64,000 bases of DNA, taken from the IMG/VR virus record IMGVR_UViG_3300047552_002383; one strand, written 5' to 3'. The stretch is from an uncultured virus (IMG/VR IMGVR_UViG_3300047552_002383) (Duplodnaviria; Heunggongvirae; Uroviricota; Caudoviricetes). Below, piece after piece: positions 29,397 to 38,943 of this stretch; the first letter of the stretch is position 1; each line of letters begins with the position of its first letter. The position numbers and the translations under genes are program-made. Below the pieces are notes generated by a model that was not told the DNA's origin, ran no database searches, and was given only the letters and a program-made list of their open reading frames with translations.

Positions 29397-29485
29397 TATT
29401 TATTTTTTTAAAATTTTAATATAGATATTAATATATTAGAACAATTCAATATAACGAGTGATGACCGTTATATTGAATTGTTCTT

Positions 29486-29562
29486 GGGCCTGTAGCTTAG
29501 TTGGTTAAAGCCTTCGACTCATAATCGAACTATCGGGGGTTCAAATCCCTCCGGGCCCACCA
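29486..29562 (+). tRNA. tRNA with CAT anticodon (Ile2-like; Met not excluded)
   Basis: GGGCCTG..CGGGCCC-A-CCA; TTCGA-CT-CAT-AA-TCGAA. Confidence 0.9.
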
Positions 29563-29579
29563 ATAATTTATGTAAATAT

Positions 29580-29663
29580 GGGGGTGTGATGGAATGGTAG
29601 ACATTCAGGACTTAAAATCCTGTGCTGAAAAGCGTGCGAGTTCGACTCTCGCCACCCCTACCA
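29580..29663 (+). tRNA. tRNA-Leu(TAA)
   Basis: CAGGA-CT-TAA-AA-TCCTG, long variable arm, CCA. Confidence 0.93.
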
Positions 29664-29737
29664 AACTCACTATTACAATTCTTTTTTTATTTATACTAAA
29701 CTAAAAAATTATAACAACACTAGTATTTTAGTTTATT

Positions 29738-29923
29738 ATGGATGAAGAGGAATTAATTGAAAATTGGGAGAAAATATTTTTACAAATAAAAAATCTAAAA
29801 GAATCAATTAATAAAAATATGTCATCACGTGAAATCCAACAATGGTCAATTGATTCTAGAATTATCGAAAAAGTATTTAATCGATTAATTAGCAAGACTA
29901 ATTTGTATTTATTTAAGAAATAA
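29738..29923 (+). CDS. Hypothetical protein within tRNA cluster
   Basis: 61-aa ORF. Confidence 0.45.
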   Translation: MDEEELIENWEKIFLQIKNLKESINKNMSSREIQQWSIDSRIIEKVFNRLISKTNLYLFKK

Positions 29924-29929
29924 AAAATT

Positions 29930-30004
29930 GCCCCTTAAGCATAAATGGTGATGCACTAGACTTGTAATCTTGAGAAGTCAGTTCGATTCTGGCAGGGGGC
30001 TCCA
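29930..30004 (+). tRNA. tRNA-Thr(TGT)
   Basis: GCCCCTT..AGGGGGC-T-CCA; loop CT-TGT-AA; one mismatch in the anticodon stem. Confidence 0.88.
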
Positions 30005-30010
30005 ATTTAT

Positions 30011-30085
30011 TGTAGGGTGCCAGACTGGTAATGGGGCTGCCTGTTAAGCAGTTATATGCGAGTTCGAATCTCGCCCCTACAGCCA
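30011..30085 (+). tRNA. tRNA-Asn(GTT)
   Basis: TGTAGGG..CCCTACA-G-CCA; GCTGC-CT-GTT-AA-GCAGT. Confidence 0.9.
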
Positions 30086-30096
30086 CTATAAATATT

Positions 30097-30172
30097 CTGG
30101 GTATAGCTCAGGTGGTAGAGCAACTGACTTTTAATCAGTAGGTCGAAGGTTCGAGTCCTTCTGCCCGGACCA
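30097..30172 (+). tRNA. tRNA-Lys(TTT)
   Basis: ACTGA-CT-TTT-AA-TCAGT; GGTTCGAGTCC; CCA. Confidence 0.93.
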
Positions 30173-30345
30173 TTTTTTTCGAATAAAATGAGTATTCTTA
30201 TTATTAAAGGTAGAGATATTTTCCCAGGTCGTCCATATTTACCAACACCACAAGATACATATCCAAAAAGAGATAGTGAAGAAGCGAGAAAAAATCTTGG
30301 TACTACTCATCATGATAGAGTTAAAATAATTAATAAAAAATTGAG

Positions 30346-32151
30346 GTGATTATGAGATTATTATTTATATTATTAGTTTTATTAAGTCCTATAGCTAATG
30401 CTGCTACCTACTACGTCTCACCAGCAGGTGTTGATACCAACACTGGTACAATAACTGCTCCATTCAAGACAATCAACAAAGGTGTAGCAAAAGTTGTTGC
30501 TGGAGATACTCTCTTAGTTAGGGGAGGGACTTACTATGAAACTGTATCGGTACGAGCGAGTGGTACTTCCTCAGCGCCTATTATAGTCAAAGCTTATTCT
30601 GGTGAACTCCCAATAATCGATGGTCAAAATGTTAGACCGGGAAGGTGGGGTGCCTTACTTGAGTCTTATGGAAATTACACGATCTTTGATGGATTTGAAG
30701 TAAAGAATTCAATCGGATTTGGTATGATCCTCCGAGCTAAATACGGAACTATCCGCAACTGTAATGTTCACCATAACTACGATATGAACATCTTTTTACA
30801 AGGTGATTATTCAGTAGGTGAATATAATCGAAGTTGGCAAAGTAATCAAGCAGTATTCAGTATTGGACTTGAAGGATGGGGTGCTTCTTTCTCAGCAGCT
30901 CGTGATACTACTAACGGTATTACGGATGGGGCAGTAATGAGAGGGAATATTATCTATTATAATTGGGGAGAAGGAATCTCTACATTTGAAGCAAATGGAA
31001 CTCTCATGGAGGATAATATTAGTTATGATAACTGGGCTGTAAACTTTTATATTTCAGATGCTACTAATGTTATCGCTCAGAGGAATATTGTCTACGATAC
31101 GAGTTACAGTGATCTCTACCCAAAAGGTGGATCTGGAGTACCTTTAATTTATCCATGTAACAATGCCACTGCTACCAACAAGTGTAGAGGTCGAGCAACT
31201 GGACTCTCGCTTAGTAATGAAACTACCAAGCTCCCTCTAAAGAATATCACCGTAATCAATAATCTTGTCTATGGTGCAGCAATGGCGATGTGGACTCAAG
31301 ACAACGCCGGAATGCCTGTTACTAACGTATTAATAGCTAATAATACATTTGTCAACAGTCCTGGGACTCTCAACTTTGGCGCTGCTCCATATAGTAATGT
31401 ACGTTTTGTGAATAATATTGTACACCAAGATAATTTAGCAATTCAACCAATAGGTAATCTACCAGTTGGTATTAGTGTCTCCAACAATCTATATAATCGA
31501 GGATCAGCTATAGGAACAGGAGCAGTCATCGGAGATCCTCAATTTGCTAGAACTGGTTCTACTGGAGCTGGTCAGTTAACGGGAGCCTGGTTTAAAGTTG
31601 CTTCAACTTCTCCAGCTAAGGATAAAGGTACATTATTAGCTGAGGTTTCCTCTGACTTTATTAAAACTCCAAGAGTTGTTCCTTATGACATCGGAGCTTA
31701 TGAAGTTATAGCTGCTACAGTACCTGTTCCCCCACCAGTTCCAGTTGATACCGCTAATCTTGCTTTTGGTAAACCCGTAACGGTTTCCTCCATTCAGAGT
31801 ACTGGATATGAAGGAAAGTATCTAACTGACGGTGTATTAACATCAAGATGGTCTAGTTTAGCAGCTGATCCTCAGTGGGCTACAATTGATCTTGGAAAGA
31901 TATATAATCTAACTAAGATTAAGTTAGAGTGGGAAACTGCTTCAGCTAAAGCTTATAAGATTCAAACTTCAATTGATACTATTAATTGGGTTGATCTTTA
32001 TAGTACTGCAACAAGTCCTGGTGGTACTGAAAATATTACAGTAAATGGTGCAGGTCGGTACGTAAGGATTGCTGGAACTCAGAGAAACACAGGTTGGGGA
32101 TACTCACTATGGGAAGTCTCGATCTACGGAACTCTGTATCCATGTAACTAA
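30346..32151 (+). CDS. Secreted right-handed beta-helix (pectate-lyase-like) protein with C-terminal F5/8 type C (discoidin) carbohydrate-binding domain
   Basis: Signal peptide ending ANA; TYYVSPAG.D.N.GT...PFKTI; beta-helix repeats; PYDIGAYE; NLAFGKPVT.SS...DG...SRWSS...IDLG...WGYSLWEV. Confidence 0.85.
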   Translation: MIMRLLFILLVLLSPIANAATYYVSPAGVDTNTGTITAPFKTINKGVAKVVAGDTLLVRGGTYYETVSVRASGTSSAPIIVKAYSGELPIIDGQNVRPGRWGALLESYGNYTIFDGFEVKNSIGFGMILRAKYGTIRNCNVHHNYDMNIFLQGDYSVGEYNRSWQSNQAVFSIGLEGWGASFSAARDTTNGITDGAVMRGNIIYYNWGEGISTFEANGTLMEDNISYDNWAVNFYISDATNVIAQRNIVYDTSYSDLYPKGGSGVPLIYPCNNATATNKCRGRATGLSLSNETTKLPLKNITVINNLVYGAAMAMWTQDNAGMPVTNVLIANNTFVNSPGTLNFGAAPYSNVRFVNNIVHQDNLAIQPIGNLPVGISVSNNLYNRGSAIGTGAVIGDPQFARTGSTGAGQLTGAWFKVASTSPAKDKGTLLAEVSSDFIKTPRVVPYDIGAYEVIAATVPVPPPVPVDTANLAFGKPVTVSSIQSTGYEGKYLTDGVLTSRWSSLAADPQWATIDLGKIYNLTKIKLEWETASAKAYKIQTSIDTINWVDLYSTATSPGGTENITVNGAGRYVRIAGTQRNTGWGYSLWEVSIYGTLYPCN

Positions 32152-32171
32152 GATTTTAGAATGGGACCTAA

Positions 32172-32363
32172 ATGAATAAACCAGGTAAGTACTTTGTCAC
32201 TAATAACGGCGACTCTCCTGAGAGAATATTCTTTAATCTTGAAGATGCTGTTCGACTAGAACAAGCCTACATCGATATTTTCGATGAAGATGGGATTAAA
32301 GTTCAGACGTATGAGATGGACTATAAAATCAATGAGTATCTAATTCATGAAATCTCTACTTAA
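32172..32363 (+). CDS. Hypothetical protein
   Basis: 63-aa ORF. Confidence 0.5.
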   Translation: MNKPGKYFVTNNGDSPERIFFNLEDAVRLEQAYIDIFDEDGIKVQTYEMDYKINEYLIHEIST

Positions 32364-32697
32364 TAAAAGGGAAACTTCTAACATGTTAGAATATATGGGT
32401 CCAAAGATACTTCATTCTCAAGAGAAACCTAATACCCAAGAGATTGATACTAGAGAGATTCCTGCAGAACTTGACAGACTTGAGATATCAACTAAAGAGT
32501 TGTCTAGCTTAATTGATAAGCTATATGTTAGACTTTGTCCTATTCTACTAGAACAGGATCATCCTAAGTGCGGAGAGGCAATTAAGGAGAATTGCAAACC
32601 AAATACTAATATAGGAATACGACTTAGTGGAATCCGAGAGATTATAGATCAACAAAGAAACTTGACTTATTCAATACTAGATCGTTTACAGATTTAA
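32347..32697 (+). CDS. Hypothetical protein
   Basis: 116-aa ORF. Confidence 0.5.
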   Translation: MKSLLNKRETSNMLEYMGPKILHSQEKPNTQEIDTREIPAELDRLEISTKELSSLIDKLYVRLCPILLEQDHPKCGEAIKENCKPNTNIGIRLSGIREIIDQQRNLTYSILDRLQI

Positions 32698-32698
32698 T

Positions 32699-32782
32699 GG
32701 GCCTGTAACTCAGAGAAATACTATTTGGGGATACTCATTATGGGAGGTCTCAGTCTACGGGACTCTGTATCCATGTAACTAA
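32699..32782 (+). pseudogene. Chimeric remnant: tRNA 5' end fused to a diverged copy of the last 76 nt of the beta-helix gene
   Basis: GGGCCTGTAACTCAG (tRNA-like start) continues into a copy of 32076-32151 reading TQRNTIWGYSLWEVSVYGTLYPCN*. Confidence 0.75.
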
Positions 32783-32787
32783 TATTT

Positions 32788-33018
32788 ATGATCGATTATA
32801 TTGAAATTCTCAAAGCATTTAATGATTTATATCCAGTCCCTACAATAGGACACCAACATAATATCACCATAAATCGAAAAACTAATCTACCATTAATAAA
32901 TTTATTTATAAATGGTAGATGGTGGCCGTTTACCATTGAAATAAAAGATATAGATAAATCGGCTCAAAGTATAATCATTGAAATTAATGAAATATTAAAA
33001 AGAGAAATCGGGGTATAG
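32788..33018 (+). CDS. Hypothetical protein
   Basis: 76-aa ORF whose end overlaps tRNA-Pro. Confidence 0.45.
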   Translation: MIDYIEILKAFNDLYPVPTIGHQHNITINRKTNLPLINLFINGRWWPFTIEIKDIDKSAQSIIIEINEILKREIGV

Positions 33019-33085
33019 CTCAGTTTGGTAGAGTGTCTGCTTTGGGAGCAGAATGTCGGGGGTTCAAATCCCTCTACCCCGACCA
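33009..33085 (+). tRNA. tRNA-Pro(TGG)
   Basis: CGGGGTA..TACCCCG-A-CCA; TCTGC-TT-TGG-GA-GCAGA. Confidence 0.93.
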
Positions 33086-33363
33086 AAATGTGTTGGTCGA
33101 GATTCGTACTCGACTAGGGTAGTAACCTTCTCTATATTAATTAGAATAAATAACTCTAACTTTTTTAAAAAAGAAAAAGTTGGGTTCGCGACGTTACTTT
33201 TTGGTTTCGTTGTTTACAAAATACAAAATAATAAGTAGTAACAATCTTGTTTTGTAATTTGAAGAAAAGGATGTCAGTTCTCCTTGGGCATCTCTGTATT
33301 TGGTAGTTGGGGAGATGAATAATTGTTACACACTACCATTTATAAAATATAGGAAAAACAATA

Positions 33364-33534
33364 ATGTCTGGTGTAGTAGTAAAAAAATGCGAATGCACAC
33401 AATCTATTAACAATATTAGTTTTTGTGCAGATTATCAAAATAGACGGTATGGTAAATCCATGAGAGTTATGAATCTTGATCAAAAAGGATCAACTGCAAC
33501 ATGTACTGTATGTGGAAGATCTCATAAAGTATAA
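33364..33534 (+). CDS. 56-aa Cys-containing protein (not in ORF track)
   Basis: MSGVVVKKCEC...YQNRRYGKSMRVMN...CTVCG; AGGA upstream; hairpin follows. Confidence 0.55.
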   Translation: MSGVVVKKCECTQSINNISFCADYQNRRYGKSMRVMNLDQKGSTATCTVCGRSHKV

Positions 33535-33603
33535 ATGAATATAATAGCAATGTATCTAGAATTATTTTAGATACATTGCTTTCTTTTTAGGAAAAAACAA
33601 CAG

Positions 33604-34563
33604 ATGAATTTAATATCACATGCTATACCATTTTTACAAAAAATGGCAAAAAAATACAAGGAAGATAATGATAATCTTGAAGGATTAGTTGATATAATTT
33701 CTACATTTTTAATAGATGCTCAAAAATTTACAATTCCATCTCCAAATTCTTTAAATGTAACAATAACTAATTCATCTATTCCATTTATTAAAATGCCATA
33801 TCCTATTATGGCCATTGAATATTTGTTATCTGTTGAAAAAACAGGAACTACTAATATGTTAGATCCTAATTTTCCAGTTAGAAATTGTTCAAAAAGGATT
33901 GTATTGGCATTTGATTCTTCTAAAATAGATACTTCTGTATTTTTACAAGGTGAAAAAATAAAAAAAGGAATTGTAAGTATTTCTATTTTTTATGTCGATG
34001 AAACTAAAGAATGGGAAATAGCACCTGGTGCCATTTGGTATGATCCAGAAACGGAATTTACTGAATTATTAATCAGTGATAGTAAATATCATTTGAGTGG
34101 AACGGCAAAGTTATTTAAATATGAATTTTTATATAATACATATACACAAATAATTCAACAATTTGGAAAAGCTACAGATAAACATCCAATTATATATAAT
34201 ATGGTGTTTAACGATAATGTAGAAGAATTATGTTCTTTAATTAAAATTGTTGCATTATTAAATGCGAAAAATATAAATACTATAGATATAAATCCAAGTC
34301 CAAAATTAAATAAAAAAAGAATAAAATCTGGTAGTTTACCATTTTATTCATATAAAACATTAGATATATTTTTATCGAAAGAAACTCGAAAAATAAGAGC
34401 AAAGAATATTAAAAATCATCTCTCTAATTTTATAGCCACTAAAAGATTGCATTCTGTAAGAGGACATTTCAAAATTAGAAAAACTGGAATATATTGGTGG
34501 TCTTCTTATCAACGTGGCTCAATGCAAAAGGGTATTGTAGAAAAAGATTATAATATGAAATGA
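33604..34563 (+). CDS. Hypothetical phage protein
   Basis: 319 aa; C-terminal RLHSVRGHFK...YWW motif. Confidence 0.6.
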   Translation: MNLISHAIPFLQKMAKKYKEDNDNLEGLVDIISTFLIDAQKFTIPSPNSLNVTITNSSIPFIKMPYPIMAIEYLLSVEKTGTTNMLDPNFPVRNCSKRIVLAFDSSKIDTSVFLQGEKIKKGIVSISIFYVDETKEWEIAPGAIWYDPETEFTELLISDSKYHLSGTAKLFKYEFLYNTYTQIIQQFGKATDKHPIIYNMVFNDNVEELCSLIKIVALLNAKNINTIDINPSPKLNKKRIKSGSLPFYSYKTLDIFLSKETRKIRAKNIKNHLSNFIATKRLHSVRGHFKIRKTGIYWWSSYQRGSMQKGIVEKDYNMK

Positions 34564-35594
34564 TAGAACAAACTTATGATATCATAAAATATCTTAAAAT
34601 TGCAGCTTCTGTTGCTGAAATGGGTTTATGGGTATATGATGTTGAATCTAAAACTGCACATGGCGATGAAGTTATGTGTAATATGTATGGTATTCATCCA
34701 CCCAATCAAGAAATAGATGCTGATGAATGGTTCAATATAGTTCATATTGACGATGTTAATGAAGTCAAAACTAGATTTAATAAATCTATTAGTACTCATG
34801 AACAGATAACTTATAATTATCGAATAGTAAATAAAGAAACTAAAGAGGTTAGGCATATACAATGTCTAACCTTTGTTATATTTGATCAAAAAACAAATAT
34901 AGCAAAAAAAGTAATTGGAATTAATTTAGACTGTACAGTTAAGGTTAAATTAGAAGAAAATATACAATTTTATATACATAAATTAGAAAAAATTGTTAGT
35001 TCTATAATTGATACTATTTCTATTATGGGAGAATTAAGAGATCCGTATACAGCTGGTCATGAAATGCGAGTTGCAAATTTAGCTGTAGAAATCTCTAAAT
35101 CTTTAAACCTTGGCGAATCTCAAATAACTTGTATTAATATCGCAGCTAGAGTTCACGATATAGGGAAATTCTGGATACCAACAGAAATATTAACAAAACC
35201 AGGGACTTTATTACCTGTACAATTTGAACTTATAAAATTACATCCAAAAGTTGGATATAATATTTTGAAAAATGTTGAATTTCCATGGCCTATAGATTTA
35301 ATCGTTTTACAACATCATGAACGATTAGATGGTTCTGGTTATCCATTAGGATTGACCTCAAAAGATATTAAATTAGAATCTAAAATTATTGCTGTAGCAG
35401 ATGTTATAGAATCTGTAATGTCTCATAGACCATATAGACCGGCTTTAGGTTTAGATGTTGCTATTAATATTATTAATAGTGGCTCTGGAAAATTATTTGA
35501 TCCGGAAATAAGTAATATTTGTATAGACTTATTTACTACAAAAAATTATACATTACCAGAACCAACACACGATCTCCAAGAATATGAAATTTGA
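34560..35594 (+). CDS. PAS + HD-GYP cyclic dinucleotide phosphodiesterase
   Basis: N-terminal PAS (GLWVYD...VHIDD); RDPYTAGH, HDIGK, HHERLDGSGYP, IAVAD, RPYR. Confidence 0.92.
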   Translation: MIEQTYDIIKYLKIAASVAEMGLWVYDVESKTAHGDEVMCNMYGIHPPNQEIDADEWFNIVHIDDVNEVKTRFNKSISTHEQITYNYRIVNKETKEVRHIQCLTFVIFDQKTNIAKKVIGINLDCTVKVKLEENIQFYIHKLEKIVSSIIDTISIMGELRDPYTAGHEMRVANLAVEISKSLNLGESQITCINIAARVHDIGKFWIPTEILTKPGTLLPVQFELIKLHPKVGYNILKNVEFPWPIDLIVLQHHERLDGSGYPLGLTSKDIKLESKIIAVADVIESVMSHRPYRPALGLDVAINIINSGSGKLFDPEISNICIDLFTTKNYTLPEPTHDLQEYEI

Positions 35595-35750
35595 GGAAAA
35601 TACAGAAATTAAATATAAAAATACAATACTAGATATCATAACATTCTTAAATCAATTAGTTATAGATATTCAAAATAAAAAATCAATTAAATTAGTACCA
35701 ATAATTAATAAAATAAATATATTAAAATATACTATAGAAGGCGACAAAAT

Positions 35751-36170
35751 ATGAAAATAATTAGTGTTATTATAATTCTTTTTTTATCATCATGTTCTGT
35801 GCACCATGCTTTAAATGTACCAGGACCTGTAGAGTATAAAAATATTAATTTAGGAAATTCTAAAGAAAATATTTATTATACTTTAGGTAATCCTAAATTA
35901 ATTGATAAAAAAGATAATATTGAAATCAATTATTATGAATTCATAGATGGATATCATGATGTATTTAAACTAAGAGTGATTCCATATATTATTTGGGGAG
36001 CATCTACAATAGGATTATCTGAAATTTTATTCTATCCTATTGAGAAAGAATTACTAGATGGTAAACAATGTAATGCAAAAATAATATATAATTCTAACGG
36101 CAAAATTATTAATTATAATATTACCGATAAAAATGGTAAAATTTTATGGTCTAACGAGATCATAAACTGA
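35751..36170 (+). CDS. Lipoprotein, SmpA/BamE-like N-terminal part
   Basis: Lipobox LSSC; INLGNSKENIYYTLGNP pattern. Confidence 0.6.
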   Translation: MKIISVIIILFLSSCSVHHALNVPGPVEYKNINLGNSKENIYYTLGNPKLIDKKDNIEINYYEFIDGYHDVFKLRVIPYIIWGASTIGLSEILFYPIEKELLDGKQCNAKIIYNSNGKIINYNITDKNGKILWSNEIIN

Positions 36171-36178
36171 TAAAATCT

Positions 36179-36268
36179 GGAGAGTTGGCAGAGTCTGGTT
36201 TATTGCAGCGGTCTTGAAAACCGCCGAGTGTAAAAGCTCCGGGGGTTCGAATCCCTCACTCTCCGCCA
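36179..36268 (+). tRNA. tRNA-Ser(TGA)
   Basis: GGAGAGT..ACTCTCC-G-CCA; GCGGT-CT-TGA-AA-ACCGC; long variable arm. Confidence 0.95.
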
Positions 36269-36283
36269 TATATAAGTATTTAT

Positions 36284-36493
36284 ATGATTGCAATTGTTAA
36301 CATTAGTAAAAAACAACGAAGTACTGGACCACATTTATATCAAATTCGAATTAATAATAAAATTGTAACTCAATTCAGACATAATCGAGAAGATTCATTA
36401 GATGTTCTGTTTGAAAAAGCAGCATTAGCAATTAAAAAACATGATATTGATTTACTCATAGAAATGTCCAAAATATTTAACGATCAATTATAA
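36284..36493 (+). CDS. Hypothetical protein
   Basis: 69-aa ORF. Confidence 0.5.
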   Translation: MIAIVNISKKQRSTGPHLYQIRINNKIVTQFRHNREDSLDVLFEKAALAIKKHDIDLLIEMSKIFNDQL

Positions 36494-36576
36494 ACCGATT
36501 GGGTTTTGAAAATTTTATATAGATATAATTGGGTTATATGAATATTTTTTTGTTTTTTTTGGGATGAAAAATAAAA

Positions 36577-38385
36577 ATGTCGACGAGTCCCCAAATTGAA
36601 GTTCTTGATGGGATATCAGCTATACGACTACGTCCAGGAATGTATATTGGATCAACTAATGATCCATATCACCTATTACAAGAAATATTAGATAATTCTT
36701 TAGATGAATTATCTAATAATTATGCAAATAAAGTTACAATTGAACTTGATCAAAAAGGAAAATTTACAATTACTGATAATGGTCGAGGGATTCCAATTCA
36801 TACTGTAACATTACCATCTGGTATTAAACAGGATTCAATTATTGCAATTGTAAATGAATTACATTCAGGTGCTAAATTTAATACATTAGCATATCAAAAT
36901 GCAATTGGTTTACATGGAGTTGGATTAGTAGTTGTTAATGCATTATCAACGTTTTTAACAATTGCAATTAAAGATAAAAAAATTAAAGACAAAATTCATT
37001 TTTATACATTTATAAATTCAAAATTTAAAGATAAAAAAGAATTAATTGTAGAATATGTTGATTGGTCAACTAGAATTGAATTTCAAGTTGATAATCAATA
37101 TTTTGACACATTAGAAATTAATGCAACCAGATTAGTAAAAAGATTACAATTAGTTGCATCTACATTTCCAAAAAGTACTATTATTTTAAATCATCATTCT
37201 TTCGAACATATTGATTTAAAAGAATTTGTAAAAGATTATCTTAAAATAGATCCATTAATTCCAATATTTGAAGTATCGGAAATTTCAAATGGCGAGCGAA
37301 TAAAAGCATTTTTTACATATGATTTATCAGGTTACCATCAACCAGAATTTGCTGGAGATGTAAATCTAAATCTTTGTGAAGGAAGATATTTATCTAATTT
37401 TTCTACATTATTTTATAACTGTGCAAAAGTAGCGGTTAATGAAGAAAAAATATCTAAAAATGATATATTAAACAATTTTAGATGTTATGTATCATTATCC
37501 ATATCTGAACCTAAATTTGATTCTCAAAATAAGGTTCGGATGGTAAAAGATGTGGCGAGATTAGTAAATTTATTAAAACCAAAAATAGAATCTTGTTTGT
37601 ATAATAAGTTTTTTAATGATAGATTTGAATTTCTAAAAGAAGAAAAAGCAATTCAAAAAGCTGCAAAGACTCTTAAAACAAAACGAGTAAGAGTTTCAAC
37701 AGATAATCCTTTAAAGGACTGTGCGAACACTCCTGGAAAAACATTATACATTCTAGAAGGGGATTCTGCAGGTGGTACATTAAAACAAATCAGAAATGTT
37801 AGGGACGAAGCTATATATCCATTGTCAGGTAAAATTCAAAATATCATTGATAAATCAATTGATAAAATTATTGATTCGAAAAAGATGAAATATTTATTCG
37901 AAGCAGTAGGTATTGATTTATCAAAAAAAAATCAACTAGATTTTAGATATGAAGAATTTAAAATACTTTGCGATGCAGATAGTGACGGTTTACATATTTC
38001 GGTATTAGTATCTATTATACTATGGAAATATGCACCACAAATAATTAAAAATAATAAAGCAAAAATTATCTTACCACCTTTATATGGAGCTATAAAAGGG
38101 AATACATTTATCCCTATTTATAATCATTCTGAAGTGGCTCAATATCAAAATTCCGGTTATAATATTACTAGATTTAAAGGATTGGGTGAAATGAACCCAT
38201 CTCAGTTGGAAGTAATTATAAGAAATCCAATTGAGTATTGTATATCTCCGCCTTCAGATCTAAAGGAGTCGGAGATAGTCGATCTATGCTTAACAAATGT
38301 AACCTTAAAAAGAAAATTAAGTGAGCATCCAGATCGGTTTAATGTTGGAAAATTAATGAAATTAGCAAAACAATTAGGAGTATAA
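36577..38385 (+). CDS. Type IIA topoisomerase B subunit (GyrB/ParE-like)
   Basis: RLRPGMYIGS, EILDNSLDE, DNGRGIP, GLHGVG, EGDSAGG, DADSDG, RFKGLGEMN. Confidence 0.95.
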   Translation: MSTSPQIEVLDGISAIRLRPGMYIGSTNDPYHLLQEILDNSLDELSNNYANKVTIELDQKGKFTITDNGRGIPIHTVTLPSGIKQDSIIAIVNELHSGAKFNTLAYQNAIGLHGVGLVVVNALSTFLTIAIKDKKIKDKIHFYTFINSKFKDKKELIVEYVDWSTRIEFQVDNQYFDTLEINATRLVKRLQLVASTFPKSTIILNHHSFEHIDLKEFVKDYLKIDPLIPIFEVSEISNGERIKAFFTYDLSGYHQPEFAGDVNLNLCEGRYLSNFSTLFYNCAKVAVNEEKISKNDILNNFRCYVSLSISEPKFDSQNKVRMVKDVARLVNLLKPKIESCLYNKFFNDRFEFLKEEKAIQKAAKTLKTKRVRVSTDNPLKDCANTPGKTLYILEGDSAGGTLKQIRNVRDEAIYPLSGKIQNIIDKSIDKIIDSKKMKYLFEAVGIDLSKKNQLDFRYEEFKILCDADSDGLHISVLVSIILWKYAPQIIKNNKAKIILPPLYGAIKGNTFIPIYNHSEVAQYQNSGYNITRFKGLGEMNPSQLEVIIRNPIEYCISPPSDLKESEIVDLCLTNVTLKRKLSEHPDRFNVGKLMKLAKQLGV

Positions 38386-38390
38386 TTAAT

Positions 38391-38888
38391 ATGTCAAGTG
38401 TTAACCCGTTTGCAGTAGCATCTTCTACTACTTCTGCTCCAGCAGCTCCGGTCGCTGATCAACCGGCAGTCTCGGAAACCCCAACTGTTACGGCCGATCA
38501 GCAGGTCGATGATCTTATTGCTGCAGCTACTGGAACTGGAGAGGAAGGGGGCAAGAAACGCAAGAAGTCTGATAAGCCTCGTAAGCCTCGTAATCGTACG
38601 ATTACTGAAGAAGATAAGAAGGTAATTCTTGTTCGGTATCATAATGAGGCAACTGGTGACATCGCAAGATCTCTTGGTTTGACTCGTGCACAAGTTTATA
38701 ATGTTGTGCGTAATACTCGTAAAGAATTAGAGAAATTCTTAGAAAACCCAGAGCTGCCTGAAGAGGCAAAGAATCGCATCAATGCAGCATTAGCTAAACT
38801 GCCTAAGAAGGAAGGTCTTGGTGGTGGGGCTACTGGTCCTCGCAAACAGCAGACTTTGGACGATATTCTCGCAGGTTTCGGTCTGTAA
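38391..38888 (+). CDS. Helix-turn-helix DNA-binding protein
   Basis: ATGDIARSLGLTRAQVYNVVR HTH; basic patch; GC-richer codons; terminator 38897-38930. Confidence 0.65.
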   Translation: MSSVNPFAVASSTTSAPAAPVADQPAVSETPTVTADQQVDDLIAAATGTGEEGGKKRKKSDKPRKPRNRTITEEDKKVILVRYHNEATGDIARSLGLTRAQVYNVVRNTRKELEKFLENPELPEEAKNRINAALAKLPKKEGLGGGATGPRKQQTLDDILAGFGL

Positions 38889-38896
38889 TTATTGGG

Positions 38897-38930
38897 AATA
38901 GGAGGAGAGTAACATCTCCTCCTATTTTTT
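38897..38930 (+). terminator. Intrinsic terminator
   Basis: AATAGGAGGAGA / TCTCCTCCTATT plus T run. Confidence 0.75.
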
Positions 38931-38943
38931 ACGTTATTTTTTT

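Noticed and set aside
32076..32782. Diversity-generating retroelement TR/VR pair
   Set aside because: Mismatches include C/T and G/T, are not confined to adenines of one copy, and no reverse transcriptase is present.
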